Below, piece after piece: positions 41,306 through 50,500 of a stretch of DNA of 64,000 nt; within the stretch, counting starts at the first letter, position 1, and each line of letters starts with the position of its first letter. The notes under the pieces are model-generated. The model did not search any database, was not told the origin of the DNA, and saw only the letters and a list, made by a program, of their open reading frames with translations. Made by a program: the position numbers and the translations under genes. The stretch comes from Eledone cirrhosa (lineage: Eukaryota): positions 8,246,001 to 8,310,000 of the forward strand of contig OZ024745.1 of assembly GCA_964016885.1 (NCBI GenBank). The letters are read 5' to 3'.

Positions 41306-41540
41306 TAAGAGGAATTCCAACTTTGTCTGATTTACTCGTTTTATTTACAATCCTTTAAAATATATATAATGGTATTATAATGAAATAGTATGATAGAATA
41401 TTAAATTCTAAGTGTTAATTGAACACTTAGAATTTAATATTCTATCATACTATTTCATTATAATACCATTATATATATTTTAAAGGATTGTAAATAAAAC
41501 GAGTAAATCAGACAAAGTTGGAATTCCTCTTATTAATATA
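41298..41540. repeat. Perfect inverted repeat, 119-bp arms, 5-nt loop (AATTG, 41417-41421), abutting (TA)n on the left
   Basis: ATTAATAAGAGGAATTCC...AAGTGTT pairs with AACACTT...GGAATTCCTCTTATTAAT. Confidence 0.95.
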
Positions 41541-41588
41541 ATCTTCTATACACAATCATACACACCCGTGTATATTTACCTATCTATA

Positions 41589-41625
<37 letters not shown>

Positions 41626-41861
41626 GTAAGTATGTATGTATACGTACATACATATATGTATACAGACGTACAGTAGCATGTATATATATATATATATATA
41701 CATACATACATGCAGGTACACATACATATATGCACGCATCAGTTTAGCAGACGCTTATTATAGCGCTGCTTTGTTCGTTTGTCAACAAACTGAACAGCCT
41801 GAATTTATGCCATACGGTGTTAAGGCAACCACGTCACCTTTTTGTTCAACACTGACACAGG

Positions 41862-41906
41862 AACGATGTACTAGTTTCAAGCTTGTTAGCTATCATCAGC
41901 ACCGTT
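41862..41906 (-). ncRNA. Type I hammerhead ribozyme, copy A
   Basis: Exact reverse complement of 42685-42729. Confidence 0.88.
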
Positions 41907-42329
41907 TACCCATCTGCCAGATAGTTGAACGTTCGAAAGTATATACTTTCCTTATGAAAATTAACGGCTGAGCAGCCTAAATTGCATATTGAGTGAGTTA
42001 AATCGGTCAGGCATACCGAAAACGATAAGTTGAAAAAAAATGAAAACGAAAAACGAAATTTCATTTCTCACTCTTAGTATGGCACTTACTTAAATGTAAG
42101 TATGTATGTATACGTACATACATATATGTATACAGACGTACAGTAGCATGTATATATATATATATATACATACATACATGCAGGTACACATACATATATG
42201 CACGCATCAGTTTAGCAGACGCTTATTATAGCGCTGCTTTGTTCGTTTGTCAACAAACTGAACAGCCTGAATTTATGCCATACGGTGTTAAGGCAACCAC
42301 GTCACCTTTTTGTTCAACACTGACACAGG

Positions 42330-42374
42330 AACGATGTACTAGTTTCAAGCTTGTTAGCTATCATCAGCACCGTT
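42330..42374 (-). ncRNA. Type I hammerhead ribozyme, copy B
   Basis: Exact reverse complement of 42685-42729; 468 bp from copy A. Confidence 0.88.
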
Positions 42375-42684
42375 TACCCATCTGCCAGATAGTTGAACGT
42401 TCGAAAGTATATACTTTCCTTATGAAAATTAACGGCTGAGCAGCCTAATTTGCATATTGAGTGAGTTAAATCGGTCTGTATGCATACATACTTACATTTA
42501 AGTAAGTGCCATACTAAGAGTGAGAAATGAAATTTCGTTTTTCGTTTTCATTTTTTTTCAACTTATCGTTTTCGGTATGCCTGACCGATTTAACTCACTC
42601 AATATGCAAATTAGGTTGCTCAGCCGTTAATTTTCATAAGGAAAGTATATACTTTCGAACGTTCAACTATCTGGCAGATGGGTA

Positions 42685-42729
42685 AACGGTGCTGATGATA
42701 GCTAACAAGCTTGAAACTAGTACATCGTT
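42685..42729 (+). ncRNA. Type I hammerhead ribozyme, copy C
   Basis: AACGGTG-CTGATGA-T-AGCT(AACA)AGCT-T-GAAA-C-TA-GT-A^CATCGTT. 7-bp stem I (one G.U), intact CUGAUGA and GAAA boxes, 4-bp stem II with U.U at 10.1/11.1, palindromic stem III ACUAGU, GUA cleavage triplet (cut after 42722). Confidence 0.9.
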
Positions 42730-43029
42730 CCTGTGTCAGTGTTGAACAAAAAGGTGACGTGGTTGCCTTAACACCGTATGGCATAAATTCAGGCTGTTCA
42801 GTTTGTTGACAAACGAACAAAGCAGCGCTATAATAAGCGTCTGCTAAACTGATGCGTGCATATATGTATGTGTACCTGCATGTATGTATGTATATATATA
42901 TATATATACATGCTACTGTACGTCTGTATACATATATGTATGTACGTATACATACATACTTACAATTAAGTAAGTGCCATACTAAGAGTGAGAAATGAAA
43001 TTTCGTTTTTCGTTTTCATTTTTTTTCAA

Positions 43030-43058
<29 letters not shown>

Positions 43059-43067
<9 letters not shown>

Positions 43068-43167
43068 TTAAAAAATAATGAATAAAACAATGAAACAGTT
43101 CCTTATATTAAACAAAAAAAGAAGGAACTGTTTCATTGTTTTATTCATTATTTTTTAAATATTTTAT
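43059..43167. repeat. Inverted repeat, 46-bp arms, 17-nt loop, abutting (TA)n on the left
   Basis: ATAAAATATTTAAAAAATAATGAATAAAACAATGAAACAGTTCCTT (43059-43104) and its reverse complement (43122-43167). Confidence 0.93.
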
Positions 43168-43298
43168 CTTGACTCTGTATTCCGTTTATCTTTCACCGAA
43201 AGTGATTTTTCATTGCATCTCTTCTTTCCATGATATCCGGATTACATTGAGTTCTTCATACGGATTGGACACTACCGTAAACTCTTGGTAGATTTATC

Positions 43299-43329
<31 letters not shown>

Positions 43330-43357
43330 TTCCAAAATGTCTGGCTGAATACAAAAA

Positions 43358-43550
43358 CTTTTATTCCATTCCTTCTTCATTTCTCTCTATCTTTTATTTC
43401 ATCTTTTATTTCTCATTCTCTCTTCTCATTAATGGACTAACGTCCGAAACGTAAAGACTAATTTCCTATGATATCAAGCATTAAACTAATATATTTCTTC
43501 ATTGTACTGTGGTGTTTGCTTTGTTGTTTCGGTTTACTTTTTGAATACAT
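43358..43550 (+). mobile_element. ~190-bp HHR-bearing interspersed repeat, copy 2, with an inactivated ribozyme core (43421-43457)
   Basis: TCTT-CTCATTA-AT-GGAC(TAAC)GTCC-GAAAC-GT-A^AAGA. Stems I-III are retained but CUGAUGA has mutated to CUCAUUA. Homologous to 40262-40445. Confidence 0.7.
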
Positions 43551-43555
43551 ATATA

Positions 43556-44037
43556 TGTGTGTGTGTGTTAATGTGTGTATATATGTGTGTACGTGAGTAT
43601 GTGTTAGTGTCTAAGTGTGTGTGTAAGTGTGTGTGAGTGTGTGTTAGTGTGTGGGTATAAGTGTGTGTGTGTGCATGAGTGTGTATTAGTGTGTGTGTGC
43701 GTGTGTGTACGTGATTGTGTGTTAGTGGGTGTGTATTTGTGTGCGTTCGTGAGTGTGCGTTCGTGAGTGTATGTTAGTGTGTGTGTGTGAATATGTGTTA
43801 GTCTGTGTATGTATATGTTTGTGTACGTGAGTGTATGTTAGTCTGTGTGTATATGTGCGTGAGTGTGTGTTAGTGTGTGTGTGTGAGTGTGTGTTAGTGT
43901 GTGTGTGTATATGTGTGTGAGTGTGTGTATATGTGTGTTAGTGTGTGTTAGTGTGTGTGTGTATATGTGTGTGAGTGTGTGTTAGTGTGTGTGTTAGTGT
44001 GTGTGTGTGTGTGTGTTAGTGTGTACATATGTGTGTA
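43556..44037. repeat. Degenerate (GT)n-rich array with GTGTTA/GTGA interruptions
   Basis: Directly visible. Confidence 0.93.
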
Positions 44038-44177
44038 TGATCGACACATGAAGTCTGTTGATATACTAAAAGTAGTGAGCTACATTCAATTTCTCAACTT
44101 GTAATATTTATTCTACTTTAGTAGATATTGCTACATCAGCCAGTATCACTATATATAACCTATCATTCTAACACACA

Positions 44178-44196
44178 CTCTCTCTCTCTCTCTCTC

Positions 44197-44260
<64 letters not shown>
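44178..44260. repeat. (CT)n/(CTAT)n microsatellite
   Basis: Directly visible. Confidence 0.96.
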
Positions 44261-44443
44261 AATCCAAACTATTGTCATTGAAACAACTTATTTGAAACAA
44301 TCATCGTTAAATGATTACTGATGCAGAAAACTTAACACCAATGTTCATATTAGCGCGTCTTCATCGAAGCTAAGAAATATTTTCTATTGCGCTATATATG
44401 GTTAATTGCACTCTATATGGTTGTTAGCAGTTTGGCCCCATGA

Positions 44444-44561
44444 CAGTGGTTCCCAACCTTTTGGGCACCATGCCCCACCTCAAAATCTCAAAAATTGCTA
44501 CGCCCTCCCCCTTTGATATGAAAACATTGATGATCAACTGCAAAATCTAAACAATTTGGTG
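44444..44561 (+). mobile_element. Putative left end of a hAT (Charlie/Buster-like) DNA transposon or MITE
   Basis: Begins CAGTGGTTCCCAACCTTTT, matching the CAGTGGTTC(C/T)CAA(A/C)C terminal motif of hAT-Charlie elements. I did not find the partner TIR in the window. Confidence 0.6.
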
Positions 44562-47500
44562 TATAGGTGGTGCCAGATGTACAATAACATGTGGAGGGGA
44601 TATGTCAAGAGTTTCTGACAGTAAAATCTACCATATAGGTGGTGCCAGATGTACAATAACATGTGGAGGGGATATGTCAAGAGTTTCTGACAGTAATATC
44701 TACCATATAGGTGGTGCCAGATGTACAATAACATGTGGATGGGATGTGTCAAGAGTTTCTGACAGTAAAATCTACCATATAGGTGGTGCCAGATGTACAA
44801 TAACATGTGGAGGGGATATGTCAAGAGTTTCTGACAGTAATATCTACCATATAGGTGGTGCCAGATGTACAATAACATGTGGAGGTGTGTCAAGAGTTTC
44901 TGACAATAATGTCTACCATATAGGTGGTGCCAGATGTACAATAACATGTGGAGGGGATATGTCAAGAGTTTCTGACAGTAATGTCTACCATATAGGTGGT
45001 GCCAGATGTACAATAACATGTGGAGGAGGTGTGTCAAGAGTTTCTGACAGTAATATCTACCATATAGGTGGTGCCAGATGTACAATAACATGTGGAGGTG
45101 TGTCAAGAGTTTCTGACAGTAATGTCTACCATATAGGTGGTGCCAGGTGTACAATAACATGTGGAGGTGTGTCAAGAGTTTCTGACAGTAATGTCTACCA
45201 TATAGGTGGTGCCAGATGTACAATAACATGTGGAGGTGTGTCAAGAGTTTCTGACAGTAATATCTACCATATAGATGGTGCCAGATGTACAATAACATGT
45301 GGAGGTGTGTCAAGAGTTTCTGACAGTAATGTCTACCATATAGGTGGTGCCAGATGTACAATAACATGTGGAGGTGTGTCAAGAGTTTCTGACAGTAATG
45401 TCTACCATATAGGTGGTGCCAGATGTACAATAACATGTGGATGGGATGTGTCAAGAGTTTCTGACAGTAATATCTACCATATAGGTGGTGCCAGATGTAC
45501 AATAACATGTGGAGGTGTGTCAAGAGTTTCTGACAGTAATATCTACCATATAGGTGGTGCCAGATGTACAATAACATGTGGAGGTGTGTCAAGAGTTTCT
45601 GACAGTAATATCTACCATATAGGTGGTGCCAGGTGTACAATAACATGTGGAGGTGTGTCAAGAGTTTCTGACAGTAATGTCTACCATATAGGTGGTGCGA
45701 GGTGTACATTAACATGTGGATGGGATGTGTCAAGAGTTTCTGACAGTAATATCTACCATATAGGTGGTGCCAGATGTACAATAACATGTGGAGGGGATAT
45801 GTCAAGAGTTTCTGACAGTAATATCTACCATATAGGTGGTGCCAGATGTACAATAACATGTGGAGGTGTGTCAAGAGTTTCTGACAGTAATGTCTACCAT
45901 ATAGGTGGTGCCAGGTGTACAATAACATGTGGAGGTGTGTCAAGAGTTTCTGACAGTAATGTCTACCATATAGGTGGTGCCAGATGTACAATAACATGTG
46001 GAGGGGATGTGTCAAGAGATTCTGACAGTAATGTCTACCATATAGATGGTGCCAGATGTACAATAACATGTGGAGGAGGTGTGTCAAGAGTTTCTGACAG
46101 TAATGTCTACCATATAGGTGGTGCCAGATGTACAATAACATGTGGATGGGATGTGTCAAGAGTTTCTGACAGTAATGTCTACCATATAGGTGGTGCCAGA
46201 TGTACAATAACATGTGGATGGGATATGTCAAGAGTTTATGACAGTAATATCTACCATATAGGTGGTGCCAGGTGTACAATAACATGTGGAGGGGATATGT
46301 CAAGAGTTTCTGACAGTAATGTCTACCATATAGGTGGTGCCAGGTGTACAATAACATGTGGAGGTGTGTCAAGAGTTTCTGACAGTAATGTCTACCATAT
46401 AGGTGGTGCCAGATGTACAATAACATGTGGAGGGGATGTGTCAAGAGTTTCTGACAGTAATGTCTACCATATAGGTGGTGCCAGATGTACAATAACATGT
46501 GGATGGGAAGTGTCAAGAGTTTCTGACAGTAATATCTACCATATAGGTGGTGCCAGGTGTACAATAACATGTGGAGGTGTGTCAAGAGTTTCTGACAGTA
46601 ATGTCTACCATATAGGTGGTGCCAGGTGTACAATAACATGTGGATGGGATGTGTGAAGAGTTTCTGACAGTAATATCTACCATATAGGTGGTGCCAGGTG
46701 TACAATAACATGTGGAGGGGATATGTCAAGAGTTTCTGACAGTAATATCTACCATATAGGTGGTGCCAGGTGTACAATAACATGTGGAGGTGTGTCAAGA
46801 GTTTCTGACAGTAATGTCTACCATATAGGTGGTGCCAGGTGTACAATAACATGTGGATGGGATGTGTCAAGAGTTTCTGACAGTAATATCTACCATATAG
46901 GTGGTGCCAGGTGTACAATAACATGTGGAGGTGTGTCAAGAGTTTCTGACAGTAATGTCTACCATATAGGTGGTGCCAGGTGTACAATAACATGTGGATG
47001 GGATGTGTCAAGAGTCTCTGACAGTAATATCTACCATATAGGTGGTGCCAGATGTACAATAACATGTGGAGGAGGTGTGTCAAGAGTTTCTGACAGTAAT
47101 GTCTACCATATAGGTGGTGCCAGATGTACAATAACATGTGGAGGAGGTGTGTCAAGAGTTTCTGACAGTAATGTCTACCATATAGGTGGTGCCAGATGTA
47201 CAATAACATGTGGATGGGATGTGTCAAGAGTTTCTGACAGTAATATCTACCATATAGGTGGTGCCAGATGTACAATAACATGTGGAGGGGATATGTCAAG
47301 AGTTTCTGACAGTAATATCTACCATATAGGTGGTGCCAGATGTACAATAACATGTGGAGGTGTGTCAAGAGTTTCTGACAGTAATGTCTACCATATAGGT
47401 GGTGCCAGGTGTACAATAACATGTGGAGGTGTGTCAAGAGTTTCGGACAGTAATGTCTACCATATAGGTGGTGCCAGATGTACAATAACATGTGGAGGGG

Positions 47501-50500
47501 ATGTGTCAACAGTTTCTGACAGTAATGTCTACCATATAGATGGTGCCAGATGTACAATAACATGTGCAGGAGGTGTGTCAAGAGTTTCTGACAGTAATGT
47601 CTACCATATAGGTGGTGCCAGATGTACAATAACATGTGGATGGGATGTGTCAAGAGTTTCTGACAGTAATGTCTACCATATAGGTGGTGCCAGATGTACA
47701 ATAACATGTGGATGGGATATGTCAAGAGTTTATGACAGTAATGTCTACCATATAGGTGGTGCCAGGTGTACAATAACATGTGGAGGGGATATGTCAAGAG
47801 TTTCTGACAGTAATATCTACCATATAGGTGGTGCCAGATGTACAATAACATGTGGATGGGATGTGTCAAGAGTTTCTGACAGTAATGTCTACCATATAGG
47901 TGGTGCCAGATGTACAATAACATGTGGAGGGGATATGTCAAGAGTTTCTGACAGTAATGTCTACCATATAGGTGGTGCCAGATGTACAATAACATGTGGA
48001 TGGGATGTGTCAAGAGTTTCTGACAGTAATATCTACCATATAGGTGGTGCCAGGTGTACAATAACATGTGGAGGTGTGTCAAGAGTTTCTGACAGTAATG
48101 TCTACCATATAGGTGGTGCCAGGTGTACAATAACATGTGGATGGGATGTGTCAAGAGTTTCTGACAGTAATATCTACCATATAGGTGGTGCCAGGTGTAC
48201 AATAACATGTGGAGGTGTGTCAAGAGTTTCTGACAGTAATGTCTACCATATAGGTGGTGCCAGGTGTACGATAACATGTGGATGGGATGTGTCAAGAGTT
48301 TCTGACAGTAATATCTACCATATAGGTGGTGCCATATGTACAATAACATGTGGAGGGGATGTGTCAAGAGTTTCTGACAGTAATGTCTACCATATAGGTG
48401 GTGCCAGATGTACAATAACATGTGGAGGAGGTGTGTCAAGAGTTTCTGACAGTAATGTCTACCATATAGGTGGTGCCAGATGTACAATAACATGTGGAGG
48501 AGGTGTGTCAAGAGTTTCTGACAGTAATGTCTACCATATAGGTGGTGCCAGATGTACAATAACATGTGGATGGGATGTGTCAAGAGATTCTGACAGTAAT
48601 GTCTACCATATAGGTGGTGCCAGATGTACAATAACATGTGGATGGGATATGTCAAGAGTTTCTGACAGTAATGTCTACCATATAGGTGGTGCCAGGTGTA
48701 CAATAACATGTGGAGGGGATATGTAAAGAGTTTCTGACAGTAATGTCTACCATATAGGTGGTGCCAGATGTACAATAACATGTGGATGGGATGTGTCAAG
48801 AGTTTCTGACAGTAATATCTACCATATAGGTGGTGCCAGGTGTACAATAACATGTGGAGGTGTGTCAAGAGTTTCTGACAGTAATATCTACCATATAGGT
48901 GGTGCCAGGTGTACAATAACATGAGGAGGGGATATGTCAAGAGTTTCAGACAGTAATGTCTACCATATAGGTGGTGCCAGGTGTACAATAACATGTGGAG
49001 GGGATATGTCAAGAGTTTCTGACAGTAATGTCTACCATATAGGTGGTGCCAGATGTACAATAACATGTGGATGGGATGTGTCAAGAGTTTCTGACAGTAA
49101 TGTCTACCATATAGGTGGTGCCAGATGTACAATAACATGTGGATGGGATGTGTCAAGAGTTTCTGACAGTAATATCTACCATATAGGTGGTGCCAGGTGT
49201 ACAATAACATGTGGAGGTGTGTCAAGAGTTTCTGACAGTAATGTCTACCATATAGGTGGTGCCAGGTGTGCAATAACATGTGGATTGGATGTGTCAAGAG
49301 TTTCTGACAGTAATATCTACCATATAGGTGGTGCCAGATGTACAATAACATGTGGAGGACGTGTGTCAAGAGTTTCTGACAGTAATGTCTACCATATAGG
49401 TGGTGCCAGATGTACAATAACATGTGGAGGAGGGGTGTCAAGAGTTTCTGACAGTAATATCTACCATATAGGTGGTGCCAGATGTACAATAACATGTGGA
49501 GAAGGTGTGTCAAGAGTTTCTGACAGTAATGTCTACCATATAGGTGGTACCAGATGTACAATAACATGTGGAGGAGGTGTGTCAAGAGTTTCTGACAGTA
49601 ATGTCTACCATATAGGTGGTGCCAGATGTACAATAACATGTGGAGGAGGTGTGTCAAGAGTTTCTGACAGTAATATCTACCATATAGGTGGTGCCAGGTG
49701 TACAATAACATGTGGAGGAGGTGTGTCAAGAGTTTCTGACAGTAATATCTACCATATAGGTGGTGCCAGGTGTACAATAACATGTGGAGGAGGTGTGTCA
49801 AGAGTTTCTGACAGTAATATCTACCATATAGGTGGTGCCAGGTGTACAATAACATGTGGAGGAGGTGTGTCAAGAGTTTCTGACAGTAATATCTACCATA
49901 TAGGTGGTGCCAGGTGTACAATAACATGTGGAGGAGGTGTGTCAAGAGTTTCTGACAGTAATATCTACCATATAGGTGGTGCCAGGTGTACAATAACATG
50001 TGGAGGTGTGTCAAGAGTTTCTGACAGTAATGTCTACCATATAGGTGGTGCCAGGTGTACAATAACATGTGGAGGTGTGTCAAGAGTTTCTGACAGTAAT
50101 GTCTACCATATAGGTGGTGCCAGGTGTACAATACCATGTGGAGGGGATATGTCAAGAGTTTCTGACAGTAATGTCTACCATATAGGTGGTGCCAGGTGTA
50201 CAATAACATGTGGAGGGGATATGTCAAGAGTTTCTGACAGTAATATCTACCATATAGGTGGTGCCAGATGTACAATAACATGTGGAGGTGTGTCAAGAGT
50301 TTCTGACAGTAATGTCTACCATATAGGTGGTGCCAGATGTACAATAACATGTGGATGGGATGTGTCAAGAGTTTCTGACAGTAATATCTACCATATAGGT
50401 GGTGCCAGGTGTACAATAACATGTGGAGGTGTGTCAAGAGTTTCTGACAGTAATGTCTACCATATAGGTGGTGCCAGGTGTACAATAACATGTGGAGGGG

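Larger units (their letters stand above)
41621..43034. mobile_element. Retrozyme-like / non-autonomous Penelope-like insertion: 468-bp HHR-containing unit, ~1.8 tandem copies with sense on the minus strand (41621-42476) joined head-to-head to ~1.2 copies with sense on the plus strand (42483-43034), bounded by (TA)n on both sides
   Basis: Direct repeat 41621-42090 / 42091-42476. The inverted block has internal period 468 (42502 vs 42970). Copies are ~99% identical by eye, with one HHR per unit. Confidence 0.8.

Noticed and set aside
41636-42820. Triplicated 66-aa ORF MFVCQQTEQPEF...
   Set aside because: It lies antisense to the hammerhead strand, uses a TTG start or a microsatellite-derived N-terminus, and has no recognisable domain. 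The triplication just reflects the repeat.
43556-44037. GTGTTAGT motifs as degenerate telomeric repeat
   Set aside because: No TTAGGG/TTAGG runs; it is a decayed (GT)n tract.
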